Of a stretch of DNA of 50,975 nucleotides, positions 36,561 to 46,160 are shown in pieces. Positions within the stretch are counted from its first letter, which is position 1. Each line of letters starts with the position of its first letter. Origin of the DNA: Gemmatimonadota bacterium (lineage in GTDB: Bacteria; Latescibacterota; UBA2968; UBA8231); NCBI GenBank assembly GCA_038153405.1, contig JAYOYH010000019.1, positions 1 to 50,975 on the forward strand, written 5' to 3'. The notes below the pieces were generated by a model, which saw nothing but the letters and a program-made list of their open reading frames with translations, was not told the DNA's origin and searched no databases. Both the position numbers and the translations under genes were made by a program.

Positions 36561-38006
36561 TCAAGTGGCGGCGCGTTCCAGCGCGTAGGCCGCGCGCAGC
36601 AGCACGTCCTCGCCCAGCACCGGCGCGAGCAGCTGTGCGCCGATGGGCAGGCCGTCGGCCGAAGTGGCAAATGGCACGGAAATGCCGGGAATGCCCGCCA
36701 AGTTCACCGAGGCCGTGTATATGTCGTTGAGGTACATCTGCAGAGGATCCTCCAGCTGCTCGCCTAGTGCAAAAGCGGTCGAGGGAGCCACCGGCGACAG
36801 CAAGAGGTCGCACTGGGTAAAGGCCTCGTCAAAATCGCGGCGGATCAGGGTGCGCACCTTTTGCGCTTTCAGATAGTAGGCATCGTAGTACCCCGTGCTC
36901 AACGCGTAGGTGCCGAGCATAATGCGCCGTTTGACTTCGGCGCCAAAGCCCTCGCTGCGCGTCTGTAAATACATTTCCAACAGATCTCTGCTCTCGCCTG
37001 CGCGGTGGCCGAATTTGACGCCGTCGTAGCGCGAAAGGTTGGCCGAAGCCTCGGCCATAGCGATTAGGTAGTAGGTGCCTATGCAATATTCTGGGTGGCC
37101 AGCAACGGGCAGGCTCACGTCGACCAATTCCGCTCCAGCATCCTCCAGCGCACGCGCTGCACCGCGCACGGCGTCGCCGATTTGCGCATCGAGCTGTTCG
37201 GGAAAGAACTCGCTGGCCAGGCCTATTTTCAGCCCGCGCACGTCGCCGTCGAGCCGGGCGCTATAGTCGGGGACGGGGGCTTTGATGGAGGTCGAATCGC
37301 GCGGATCGTGGCCGGCGATAGCGCCGAGCAGCAGCGCGGTATCGCGCACGTCTTTGCCCATCGGTCCAATTTGATCTAGCGACGATGCATAGGCGACTAG
37401 ACCATAGCGCGAAATGCGTCCGTAGGTGGGTTTGAGACCGACAATGCCGCAGTAGCCAGCCGGCTGGCGCACCGAGCCTCCGGTATCAGAACCGAGGGCG
37501 AGAATGGTCTCGTTGGCGGCTACGGCCGCCGCAGAGCCGCCGCTGGAGCCACCGGGCACGCGCGAGAGATCGCGCGGATTGCGCACTGGACCAAAATGGG
37601 AATTTTCGTTGGATGAACCCATCGCAAACTCGTCCATATTGGTCTTGCCGAGAAAAACCAATCCGGCTTCGCGCAGACGGTCGACGGCGGTGGCGTCGTA
37701 GGGGGCAATGTAGTTTTCGAGGATGCGCGAACCGCAGGTCGTGCGACCGCCGCGCACACAGAGCACGTCTTTGAGGGCAATGGGAATACCGGCGAGTGGA
37801 CCTAGCGTTTCGCCGGCGCTGCGCCGGCGGTCGACGGCATCGGCCTGGGCGAGCGCACCAGCGGAATCGACGCTGATAAACGCATTGATCTCACCGTCGA
37901 CGTCGGCAATGCGATCGAGCGCGGCCTGGGTGATTTCGCGCGAAGTGATTTCGCCTGTTTGCAGGCGAGTGGATAGCTCGTGTGCCGTTTCTTCGTTTAG
38001 CGCCAT
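36561..38006 (-). CDS. gatA: Asp/Glu-tRNA amidotransferase subunit A
   Basis: [45 protein letters not shown] and EVKRRIMLG motifs. Confidence 0.96.
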   Translation of the reverse strand: MALNEETAHELSTRLQTGEITSREITQAALDRIADVDGEINAFISVDSAGALAQADAVDRRRSAGETLGPLAGIPIALKDVLCVRGGRTTCGSRILENYIAPYDATAVDRLREAGLVFLGKTNMDEFAMGSSNENSHFGPVRNPRDLSRVPGGSSGGSAAAVAANETILALGSDTGGSVRQPAGYCGIVGLKPTYGRISRYGLVAYASSLDQIGPMGKDVRDTALLLGAIAGHDPRDSTSIKAPVPDYSARLDGDVRGLKIGLASEFFPEQLDAQIGDAVRGAARALEDAGAELVDVSLPVAGHPEYCIGTYYLIAMAEASANLSRYDGVKFGHRAGESRDLLEMYLQTRSEGFGAEVKRRIMLGTYALSTGYYDAYYLKAQKVRTLIRRDFDEAFTQCDLLLSPVAPSTAFALGEQLEDPLQMYLNDIYTASVNLAGIPGISVPFATSADGLPIGAQLLAPVLGEDVLLRAAYALERAAT

Positions 38007-38015
38007 CTATGCGGA

Positions 38016-38306
38016 TCAGGCCTGTTTTTCGGCGCGCTGCTCGGTGCTGTTTTCCCCATCTGCGCCGTGGCCGGGCGCACTTTGTGCGACGGAATCGGTT
38101 GGGGCCGATGGCTCGATTTTGCTGCCCTGCGCAGTCGGCTTTGGCGCGTTGATATCGATTTCTTCTTGGACGTCGCGCATCGCCGTGCGAAATTCGCGAA
38201 TGCCCTTGCCCAATCCTTGGGCCATCTCGGGAATGCGCTTGGCACCAAAGACGAGCAAGATGATGAGCAAGATAATGAGTATTTCCCAGTGGCCCATGCC
38301 AAACAT
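38016..38306 (-). CDS. tatA: Twin-arginine translocase TatA/E
   Basis: WEILII...LLVFGAKRIPE...LGKGIREF; AAGGAGG RBS. Confidence 0.95.
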   Translation of the reverse strand: MFGMGHWEILIILLIILLVFGAKRIPEMAQGLGKGIREFRTAMRDVQEEIDINAPKPTAQGSKIEPSAPTDSVAQSAPGHGADGENSTEQRAEKQA

Positions 38307-38328
38307 GGCGTTTCCTCCTTAGGACGAC

Positions 38329-38610
38329 TTAGTAGCTGTACTTGAAGTAGTACCAACCGACGAATAGACCCAGCAGCGTGATGGCATTAAAGCGCAGGGA
38401 CAGTTCGAAAGAGAACGATAAGATGATCAGATTGAACATATGTGGACCTATGGAATAGGTCACGTACTGCAAGAGTGCGCGCTCGACGATGGTGTCGGAT
38501 CCCGCGATAAATGCGAGGATGACGCGCAGCGCCTCGCCGAGGATATTGGCGCCGAGCATGCCCGTAAACAGTATGAGAACGAGGTGGCTGGCGGGTTTGT
38601 CGCGCAACAT
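38329..38610 (-). CDS. Small membrane protein (DUF4321-like)
   Basis: TM helices plus NL.ILSFSF.L.LRFN.ITLLG pattern. Confidence 0.65.
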   Translation of the reverse strand: MLRDKPASHLVLILFTGMLGANILGEALRVILAFIAGSDTIVERALLQYVTYSIGPHMFNLIILSFSFELSLRFNAITLLGLFVGWYYFKYSY

Positions 38611-38616
38611 ACGGGC

Positions 38617-39315
38617 CTAGGCGTGTTGGGTTACTTCGTTGCTGAACAGACCGATGACCCAGCGGTATATGCCGGAGAAGATGTAGATAATCGTCATCGG
38701 AAAAAAATACTCGCTCTTGTAGATGATCAGCACGATAGAGATGGCAAAGAACAGCTGCTTAAGGCGATCGGCAAAAGAAGTGCCGCGGAAGTTGGGCACG
38801 GTATCGTAGTCGAATCGGCTGACCATGAGAAAGGCGAGAAAGAGCACCAGCAGTGCGGCGGCGGGCGTGGAATAGGCCGTTGGCCAGGCTTGCTCAAAGA
38901 CGGCGTACTGGGTCAGGCAGATAGCCGCCGTGGGAATGGGCAGCCCCAGGTAGTAATCGTCGTCTTTTTCCCCGCTGAGGCTAATGGTGTTAAAACGCGC
39001 CAGCCGCACGGCGCCGCAGAGCAAATAGGCAAAGGCCAACGCCAGTCCCCAGCCCGAATTGAGATAGCCTTGGTATATGATGAAGGCTGGCACAAAGCCA
39101 AAGGTGCAAACGTCGACGATGGAGTCAAACTGGATTCCAAATAGGGAATCCTTGCCCATTACGCGGGCGATTTTGCCGTCCATTTTGTCGATTACTGCAC
39201 CGAGCAAGACGAGCCAAGCGGCCGGAATATAGCTGCCTTGGAATGCGTAGTGCAGGGCCAGAAAACCGCAGAGTAAGTTGGATGCCGTAAACAGCTGCGG
39301 TATGATAACTCGCAT
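38617..39315 (-). CDS. pssA: CDP-diacylglycerol--serine O-phosphatidyltransferase
   Basis: NLLCG, D.MDG.IAR, FG.QFDS..D, RLARFN, GLPIP and LMVS motifs. Confidence 0.9.
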   Translation of the reverse strand: MRVIIPQLFTASNLLCGFLALHYAFQGSYIPAAWLVLLGAVIDKMDGKIARVMGKDSLFGIQFDSIVDVCTFGFVPAFIIYQGYLNSGWGLALAFAYLLCGAVRLARFNTISLSGEKDDDYYLGLPIPTAAICLTQYAVFEQAWPTAYSTPAAALLVLFLAFLMVSRFDYDTVPNFRGTSFADRLKQLFFAISIVLIIYKSEYFFPMTIIYIFSGIYRWVIGLFSNEVTQHA

Positions 39316-39341
39316 GGGTAACTCCGTTCAGTGTGTTGCCA

Positions 39342-40454
39342 TTACCAACGCTGTCGGTAGCGCGGCCACTCCTCCAAGCGCATGGTCAGCGACAGGCTCT
39401 CGCCGTAGCGCATGACGCTCAGCGTGCACTCCTCATCGACGCGCAACCCCCTCAACACGCCGAGGGCATCCTCGCCGCTGCGCATCTTCTCGCCGTTGAT
39501 GGCGATGATCACATCGCCGCTTTCCAGCCCAGCGCGATCGGCGGGACTGTCGACGGCAATCTTAACGACCAGAGCCCCTTCGGTAGACCGCAGCGAAAGG
39601 TAAGAGGCCAGGCGCTGGGTGATGTTTTTGAGAGCGATAATACCGCTCCACGCGCGGCGCACCTGGCCGTGTTTCTGCACTTCGTCTAAGAAGTTGCGCG
39701 CCGTGTCAATCGGTATGGCAAAGCCAATGCCTATCGACCCGATATTATAATCGCCACCAGTGTATATAAAGCTATTAATACCAATGACTTGGCCGTCAGC
39801 GTTGACCAGCGGTCCTCCGCTGTTCCCGGGGTTAATTGCCGCGTCCGTTTGGATCATATCCCGGTAGTAGTGCTCGCCCTGCGGCTGCGGAAAGTCGCGG
39901 TCGAGTGCGCTGATGACGCCGATGCTCACCGTGGGGCCCAAGTCAAAGGGATTGCCTATGGCAATGGCCCACTCACCAACCAAAATATCGCCCGAATCCC
40001 CTAGGGGCGCAACCGGTAGATCGCCCGCATCGACTTTGAGTACGGCCAGGTCGGAACCGATATCGGAAGCAATGTAACGCGCTTCCAGCGTGCGCCCGTC
40101 CGGTTCGGGAAGGGATACGGTGATGCGGCGCTCGTTCTGGGTCTCTCCGCCGATGACGTGATCGTTGGTGAGGATGTACCCTTCGGCGTTGATCACAAAG
40201 CCCGAACCGCTAGAAGGGCGCTCGCTCTGTTCGGGGACGACGTAGTAAAACGGTGAAAAAAAATCCCAAAACGGATCGCGCAGCCGGTAGGGGCGCAGCG
40301 ATCGGACCCGCGTCGTCACGTGTATGCTGACCACGGCGGGCTGTACCTTCTCGACGGCGCTGACGACGGCCGTGCGGCGCGACTGCGCGATATCATCGCC
40401 CAGTGCCGAGCCGTACAGCAGACATGATGACAGGGCTAAAAAGAGCGCTTGCAG
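39342..40454 (-). CDS. HtrA/DegQ-like trypsin protease with one PDZ domain (probable CTG start)
   Basis: GSGF, TNDHV, DLAVLK and QTDAAINPGNSGGPL motifs; PDZ SPADRAGL..GDVI; GGAGA 6 nt before CTG 40454. Confidence 0.9.
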   Translation of the reverse strand: MQALFLALSSCLLYGSALGDDIAQSRRTAVVSAVEKVQPAVVSIHVTTRVRSLRPYRLRDPFWDFFSPFYYVVPEQSERPSSGSGFVINAEGYILTNDHVIGGETQNERRITVSLPEPDGRTLEARYIASDIGSDLAVLKVDAGDLPVAPLGDSGDILVGEWAIAIGNPFDLGPTVSIGVISALDRDFPQPQGEHYYRDMIQTDAAINPGNSGGPLVNADGQVIGINSFIYTGGDYNIGSIGIGFAIPIDTARNFLDEVQKHGQVRRAWSGIIALKNITQRLASYLSLRSTEGALVVKIAVDSPADRAGLESGDVIIAINGEKMRSGEDALGVLRGLRVDEECTLSVMRYGESLSLTMRLEEWPRYRQRW

Positions 40455-40521
40455 AGCCGATCTCCACGTGTCAGTTGGTGCATAACAATAAGTAATAACA
40501 CGTATATATGCAAAGTAAACT

Positions 40522-41256
40522 TCAGTGGTCGTAGCGGACCCAGAGCAGGTGTAAGCCACAGGCTGGTGCCGTGCGTCCGGCCGCTTCGCGGCGACCGTCT
40601 TGCAGGAGGTGGCCAAGATCATCCGAGGGGCGCTTACCCAGGCCGATTTCGACCATGGTGCCGACGAGTATGCGCACCATATGGCGCAAAAAGCGGTTGC
40701 CTTCGATCTCAAAGACGAGCGCGCGGTCCTCGCGGCACCACTCGGCTGCATAGATGGTGCAGCGCAGGTTGTCGGGCGGTGGGTCTAGCTTGCAAAAAGC
40801 GCCAAATGAGTGCGTGCCAAGCAGGTTTTGGCAGGCCGAGTTCATGCGCTGCACATCGACGGGAGCTAGGTAGGTCCAAGCGTAGTTGCGGCCCACGGCG
40901 CGTTTGCCCTGGTGGATGCAGTAGCGGTAGCGCTTGCGCTTGGCACTGTAGCGCGCGTGGAACTCGAGCGGCACTTCCTCGACGTCGAGTATGCCGATGT
41001 CGGCGGGCAGGATGCCGTTGAGACTGCGCAGGATGCGCGCGACGGGCAGCGGTGAATGCGTGTGAAAATGGGCGACCTGTCCCAGCGCATGCGTGCCGGC
41101 GTCGGTGCGCCCTGAACCGGTGGGAACGATCTCTTCGCGCAGCAGGGTGTGCAGCGCGCGTGCCAGCTCGCCCTGCACGGTGCGTCCCTGTGCCTGAATC
41201 TGCCAACCAACGAAGTCGCTGCCGTCGTATTCGATGAGCAGGCGGATGGCGCGCAT
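40522..41256 (-). CDS. truA: tRNA pseudouridine(38-40) synthase
   Basis: YDGSDF.GWQ, GRTDAGTHA.GQ, FHARY and FLRHMVR motifs. Confidence 0.96.
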   Translation of the reverse strand: MRAIRLLIEYDGSDFVGWQIQAQGRTVQGELARALHTLLREEIVPTGSGRTDAGTHALGQVAHFHTHSPLPVARILRSLNGILPADIGILDVEEVPLEFHARYSAKRKRYRYCIHQGKRAVGRNYAWTYLAPVDVQRMNSACQNLLGTHSFGAFCKLDPPPDNLRCTIYAAEWCREDRALVFEIEGNRFLRHMVRILVGTMVEIGLGKRPSDDLGHLLQDGRREAAGRTAPACGLHLLWVRYDH

Positions 41257-41259
41257 CCC

Positions 41260-42060
41260 CTAGCGGCTCCAGTAGATGGCGGCGATGGCCGATAGGGAGA
41301 CCAATGCGGCGACCAAATCGCCCCAGCGCAGTGCCAGCTGGTGGTAGTGAGTGCGCGGTGCGCCGGGTTGGTAGCAGCGGCTTTCCATGGCCAGAGCCAG
41401 TCGGTCGGCCCGTTCAAAGGCCGAAACAAAGAGCGGGATGAGGAGGGGGACGAGACTGCGCGCACGCCGTATGGGGTGGCCGCTAAAGTCGGCGCCGCGC
41501 GAGACCTGCGCTTTGCGCAGGCGCTCTGCCTCGTCGACGAGAACGGGGATAAAGCGCAGGGCGATCGAAACCATCAGCGCCAGTTCCGCCACGGGAACGC
41601 CGATGCGCTTCGCCGGAGCAAATAGACGCTCTAAGCCAGCCGTTAACTGCATGGGGGAAGTGGTGAGCGTCATCAGGGCAGCGGCAATGACCACGGTGGC
41701 TAAGCGCAGACAGAAAAAGGCACCGGTGCGCAGGCCCTCGGCGCTGACGGACCAGTGGGTGAGGGGCATGGACCACAGCGGCGCGCCCGGGGTTAGAAAG
41801 GCGTGCAGGCCCAAGGTGAAGGTGAAGAGCCAGACAAAGGCGCGCAGGTTGGCCAAGACCATGTGCACAGGCAGGTTGGCAAGGATCGTCGTCAGCGCCA
41901 GTAGGGCGGCGAAGATGAAGAGGGCGCTGAAGCTGTGCGCCGACAGCGCTGCGACCATAAGGGCCATGGTGCCGACGAATTTGGTGCGCGGGTCGAGCCG
42001 GTGGACGGGCGAGTCGAGCGCGAGGTAGCGCCCCAGCGTTATATCCTGCAGCGCAGGCAT
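41260..42060 (-). CDS. ecfT: ECF transporter transmembrane T component
   Basis: S.VHRLDPRTK, LRFIP, AQVSRG and AMESRCY (two X-R-X motifs). Confidence 0.92.
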   Translation of the reverse strand: MPALQDITLGRYLALDSPVHRLDPRTKFVGTMALMVAALSAHSFSALFIFAALLALTTILANLPVHMVLANLRAFVWLFTFTLGLHAFLTPGAPLWSMPLTHWSVSAEGLRTGAFFCLRLATVVIAAALMTLTTSPMQLTAGLERLFAPAKRIGVPVAELALMVSIALRFIPVLVDEAERLRKAQVSRGADFSGHPIRRARSLVPLLIPLFVSAFERADRLALAMESRCYQPGAPRTHYHQLALRWGDLVAALVSLSAIAAIYWSR

Positions 42061-42063
42061 GAA

Positions 42064-43032
42064 CTAGCGGAGAAACTGCGCGTCAAAGGCCTCCGCCGCA
42101 TCGCCGCTGTTGGCTTCTATTAGACCGGCCTCGACCATTTGCTGGCGCAATTCGCTCCAGCGCGCGGCGCTCATATGGCCTAGACCCTTGTCGCTGGCAA
42201 CCGAGTCGAGCACCAGCGACTGCGACTCTTGGGCGCCGTAGTCGAGAATGTCCATGCCCATTTCTGGGTTGAGCGAGTTGATGTGTCGATTGGTTTCCTG
42301 CGGGTCGCGCAGGTAGTGCTCCCAGCCCTGGATACTGGCCTCGACGACGGCCCGCACGAGGTCGGCGCGCTGGCCAATGGTCTCCTCGGTGGCGATGAGC
42401 ACGCTGGCGTAGGGGTTAAAGCCGATATCGGAGACCAACAGCGCGCGTGGATTGCCGCCCTGCTGCCGGGCGACGAACGGCTCGCTAAAGACGTAACCCT
42501 GCTGCGCGAAGTTGGGATTGGCGAGGAACTGGCTGACGTTGCCAGGATAGGGCACGATATTGACGCCTTCGAGCGGGTACTTCCAGCGCAGGTAGTGCGA
42601 AAAAGCGGGTCGTTGCGACATGGCCAGCGTGATGTCGCGTATCTGTTCAATGTGCTCGATGCCCGAAGAAGCGTGCACCATGATGCAGCGCGGGTTAATC
42701 TGGTAGGGGGCCATGAGCGCGACGACGGGGGCCTGCTGGGCGCGCGCGTAGAGCACGTCGTCGGCGTTGGTAACGCCGAATTCGACTGCTCCCGTAGCGA
42801 CGCGCTGAATGACCGGTGCGTCGGGACCGCCGCCCAAGATTTCGACTTCGATCTGGCGGGCGGCGTAGTAGCCGTGGATCTGCGCGGCATAAAATCCGCC
42901 GTGTTCCGCTTCGGGAAACCAGTTGAGCGCGAGGCGCACGCGCGCTGTGCCCCCCTCTGTTGGAGGCGGCGTTTCCCCCCCTCCACAGGCCAACAGCAGC
43001 AGGCTGGAAAAGAGATAGCACATCGCTTTCAT
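42064..43032 (-). CDS. NMT1/THI5-like ABC substrate-binding lipoprotein
   Basis: Lipobox LLAC; LNWFPEAEHGGFY.A, GY..SEP and GFNPY motifs. Confidence 0.88.
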   Translation of the reverse strand: MKAMCYLFSSLLLLACGGGETPPPTEGGTARVRLALNWFPEAEHGGFYAAQIHGYYAARQIEVEILGGGPDAPVIQRVATGAVEFGVTNADDVLYARAQQAPVVALMAPYQINPRCIMVHASSGIEHIEQIRDITLAMSQRPAFSHYLRWKYPLEGVNIVPYPGNVSQFLANPNFAQQGYVFSEPFVARQQGGNPRALLVSDIGFNPYASVLIATEETIGQRADLVRAVVEASIQGWEHYLRDPQETNRHINSLNPEMGMDILDYGAQESQSLVLDSVASDKGLGHMSAARWSELRQQMVEAGLIEANSGDAAEAFDAQFLR

Positions 43033-43065
43033 GGGATCACCTCTCAGTAGATAAACGTCGGTTCG

Positions 43066-43839
43066 CTACGCGCCGCCCCAGCGGCGCAGCAATAAATGGC
43101 TGACTAAGCCAACGGTGCTAAATATGGCGAGGCCGAGCAGCGTGCAAAATAGGATGCAGGCAAAAAGATAGTCGGTCTTGGCCTGTCCGCTGGTCTGGAT
43201 AATGAGGTATCCGAGGCCGAAGTCATCGGTTCCATAGCCGGCAAAAAATTCGCCGACGATCGCGCCAATGACGGACAGACCGCTGGAGATGCGCGCACCG
43301 GTCAGCATATTGGGCACGGCGTTGGGCACGCGTAGCTTGAAAAGAATCTGCCAGCGGCTGGCGTTGTTGAGGGCAAAGAGATCGAGCAGGCGTGGATCGA
43401 CTTGGGTGAGGCCGGCGGTCGTATTGGCGATAATGGGGAAAAGCGAGATGATAAACGATACGGCGACGACGCCCTGCAGACCGTAGCCGATCCACAGCAC
43501 GATTAGCGGCGCAATGGCAACTATGGGCACGGTTTGCAAAAAAATCGCATAGGGGTAGAGGCCGCGTTCGATAATGCGCGACTGCGAAAAGAGCAGCGCT
43601 ATGGCAAAGCCAAAGGCAAAGCTGAGTGCGAAGCCGCTGAGCGCGCCCATCGCCGTCAGCAGAGCGGCATCGACCAGCCGTGCCGCGTGTGCCGATACGG
43701 CGTCGGCGACGCGGGGTGGTCCAGGTAGCAGATAGGGTGGTATGTCGAATAGCTCGACAAGGGCGTGCCAGCTCAGGATAAAAAAAGCGAAAAAAAACAG
43801 CGGTGGACCGATTTGCTTGATTAGGGTACGCGCGTTCAC
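43066..43839 (-). CDS. NitT/TauT family ABC permease
   Basis: QTVPIVAIAPL, FPI..NT..GL and GAIVGEF..G...GLG motifs. Confidence 0.92.
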   Translation of the reverse strand: MNARTLIKQIGPPLFFFAFFILSWHALVELFDIPPYLLPGPPRVADAVSAHAARLVDAALLTAMGALSGFALSFAFGFAIALLFSQSRIIERGLYPYAIFLQTVPIVAIAPLIVLWIGYGLQGVVAVSFIISLFPIIANTTAGLTQVDPRLLDLFALNNASRWQILFKLRVPNAVPNMLTGARISSGLSVIGAIVGEFFAGYGTDDFGLGYLIIQTSGQAKTDYLFACILFCTLLGLAIFSTVGLVSHLLLRRWGGA

Positions 43840-44594
43840 GAGTGGGCCCTCCCCAGCTGTTCGGATATATCGCGCGCCAGCTTGGCAAAGTCCGGTTGGT
43901 GGCGCAGGTCGGCATCGCGCGGGTGTTGGAAAGGCACGGCGATATCGGCGACGATGCGCCCCGGTCGCGCGCTCATAACGAGCACGCGATCGGCAAGGAA
44001 TGCCGCTTCGTACACGTTATGTGTAATGAATATGCCGGTCCAGTGATCGCGCTCCCACATACGCAGCAGTTCTTCGTTGAGCCGCTGGCGCGTTATCTCG
44101 TCTAGTGCGCCGAAGGGCTCGTCCAGCAGCAGGAGACCGGGCTGGGTCACTAAGGCACGGGCGATGGAGACGCGCATGCGCATTCCGCCGGAGAGCTGGG
44201 CGGGCAGCGCGTCGGCAAACTCGCTCAATCCAACGGTATCCAGCACTTCGTCGATGCGCGCTTCGTCGCTCTGCTGGCGGAGCTCCAGTGGCAGCCCCAC
44301 GTTGCGGCGCACGCTGCGCCATGGTAAGAGCGTGGCATCCTGGAAAACGTAGGCCAGGTCGCGGCGGCGGCGGCGCGCGTGCAGGGGAACGTCGCCGTCG
44401 ACCGTCAGTTCGCCGGCGGTGTACTCATCGAGTCCGGCGACGAGGCGCAAAAAGGTCGACTTGCCGCAGCCAGATGGCCCGACGATGGCGGCAAACTGCC
44501 CGCGTTCGACCGTCAGGTCGACGTCGGCCAGCGCGTGCACGCCGCCGGGAAATTTTTTGCCCACGCCGCGCGCTATGACCAGTGGATCACTCAT
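43836..44594 (-). CDS. NitT/TauT family ABC ATPase
   Basis: GPSGCGKST, LSGGMRMR, LLLDEPFGALD and ITH motifs. Confidence 0.94.
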   Translation of the reverse strand: MSDPLVIARGVGKKFPGGVHALADVDLTVERGQFAAIVGPSGCGKSTFLRLVAGLDEYTAGELTVDGDVPLHARRRRRDLAYVFQDATLLPWRSVRRNVGLPLELRQQSDEARIDEVLDTVGLSEFADALPAQLSGGMRMRVSIARALVTQPGLLLLDEPFGALDEITRQRLNEELLRMWERDHWTGIFITHNVYEAAFLADRVLVMSARPGRIVADIAVPFQHPRDADLRHQPDFAKLARDISEQLGRAHS

Positions 44595-44608
44595 GGTAGA
44601 TCTGTATT

Positions 44609-45226
44609 TTAAATGGATGACGCACGGCCGACCAGCCATTCGTAGAGGATATCAACGGGTTGGAAGAGCATCGTGCCGAGTGGGTTGAAATCGCTCACAC
44701 TGCCAATTACGACCAGGGTGAACAATCCCCACGACAGGGGTTTGCTGAGCCGCTGATAGTGCGGCGAAAGCGCAGCGGGCAACAGGCCATGGACAATCTT
44801 GGAGCCATCGAGCGGTGGAATGGGTAAGAGATTAAACAAGGCCAATAGCAGGTTGACGATAACGAGTGCGTTAACGGCAACAGAGGCTGCCGGCACTGCG
44901 GCAAAATCACCCGTGCGCAGTGCGCATGCCAATATAACAGCTGTCACTATGTTGGCAAGGGGACCGGCCAGGGCTACCAGCACCATATCGCGGCGCGGTC
45001 GGCCAAAGTAGCGCGGGTCTACGGGCACGGGCTTGCCCCAGCCAAAGTGGACTAGGACCAGCAGCAGGGTGCCGATGGCGTCGAGGTGCACGAGTGGGTT
45101 GAGCGTCACGCGCCCCAAGCGTCTGGGCGTTGGATCGCCGAGGTAATCCGCTGCGTAGGCATGGGCCGCCTCGTGTAGGGCGAGGGCGATAAGTACGGCT
45201 GGAATCCAAATGATGAAAGCCCACAT
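44609..45226 (-). CDS. Site-2 protease (M50) family
   Basis: HEAAH, AGPLAN and NLLPIPPLDG motifs. Confidence 0.93.
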   Translation of the reverse strand: MWAFIIWIPAVLIALALHEAAHAYAADYLGDPTPRRLGRVTLNPLVHLDAIGTLLLVLVHFGWGKPVPVDPRYFGRPRRDMVLVALAGPLANIVTAVILACALRTGDFAAVPAASVAVNALVIVNLLLALFNLLPIPPLDGSKIVHGLLPAALSPHYQRLSKPLSWGLFTLVVIGSVSDFNPLGTMLFQPVDILYEWLVGRASSI

Positions 45227-45236
45227 CGAACGTATC

Positions 45237-46160
45237 CTAAGCGCGCGGGTGATAGGTCTTGTGCACTTCTTTGATATGCGTGCTGTCTACATGGGTGTAA
45301 ATCTGCGTCGTCGCAATGTCTGCGTGGCCGAGCAGTTCTTGGACGTCGCGCAGGTTGGCACCGCCTTCCAGCAGGTGCGTGGCAAAGGAGTGGCGCAGCG
45401 TATGCGGGCTTACTTGCTTTGCAATATTGGCCTTTTCCGCGGCTTTCTTGATTGTCTTCCACACGCTCATGCGCGAGAGAGGTCCGCCCTGTGCGTTGAG
45501 AAATATGCGCGTGGCCAATGGGTCGCGCACGTGGTGGGGCCGACCGCTGCGCAGGTAGGTGTGCAGCGCGCGCACGGCTTGTCCTCCAATGGGCACCAAA
45601 CGCGGGTGGGGACCGGTGATGCGCACCAGACTTTCGCTCAGGCGCAGGCTGTCTTCGCACAGCTGGGTCAACTCCGAAACGCGCATGCCGGTTGCATAGA
45701 GCAACTCGAGAATGGCGCGCTCGCGCATGCCGAGTGGATCGGACGCATCTGGCGCTTCCATCAGCGCCGTTATTTCCCCCTGGGTGAGCACGTCGGGTAG
45801 CCTGCGCTCTATCTTGGGCGGTTCGAGCATTTCGCTTGGATCGCGGGAGCAGGTGCCTTTGAGCAGCAAGTATTGGTGCAGGCGCTTGATGGAGGTCAGA
45901 TTGCGCGCCATGGTCGCGGGGCTGAGTCCGGCATCGTGCAGGTCGCGCAAGACGCTGGCTATATGGTCCTGTTGAATGGACGCTGGTTCGGTAACGCGCA
46001 TATCGGCCAGTTTGCGGAGGTAGCGGCTGAGATCGCGCCGGTAGGCATCCAGCGTGTTGGCCGATAGGCCTTTGTCGCGCTGCATAGACAGCAAGAAGTC
46101 GTCGAGGGCGCGCTGTAGGAGGTCGGGCAGCGGCGCGTTTTGCTGTGCGGGTCTAGGCAT
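45237..46160 (-). CDS. xerD: Tyrosine recombinase XerD-like
   Basis: LLYATGMRVSEL and SPHTLRHSFATHLL.GGA.LR.VQELLGH.DI.TTQIYTH; housekeeping context next to uvrC. Confidence 0.85.
   Translation of the reverse strand: MPRPAQQNAPLPDLLQRALDDFLLSMQRDKGLSANTLDAYRRDLSRYLRKLADMRVTEPASIQQDHIASVLRDLHDAGLSPATMARNLTSIKRLHQYLLLKGTCSRDPSEMLEPPKIERRLPDVLTQGEITALMEAPDASDPLGMRERAILELLYATGMRVSELTQLCEDSLRLSESLVRITGPHPRLVPIGGQAVRALHTYLRSGRPHHVRDPLATRIFLNAQGGPLSRMSVWKTIKKAAEKANIAKQVSPHTLRHSFATHLLEGGANLRDVQELLGHADIATTQIYTHVDSTHIKEVHKTYHPRA

Noticed and set aside
36527..36670. N-terminal extension of the PorV ORF
   Set aside because: It overlaps gatA, and the signal peptide begins at ATG 36526.
40455..40751. N-terminal extension of the HtrA ORF
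   Set aside because: It overlaps truA in another frame and is not protein-like. The CTG start with an RBS fits better.
45237..46160. Tyrosine recombinase as a phage or ICE integrase
   Set aside because: XerD-type length and motifs, embedded in a housekeeping run, with no att site, tRNA or cargo.
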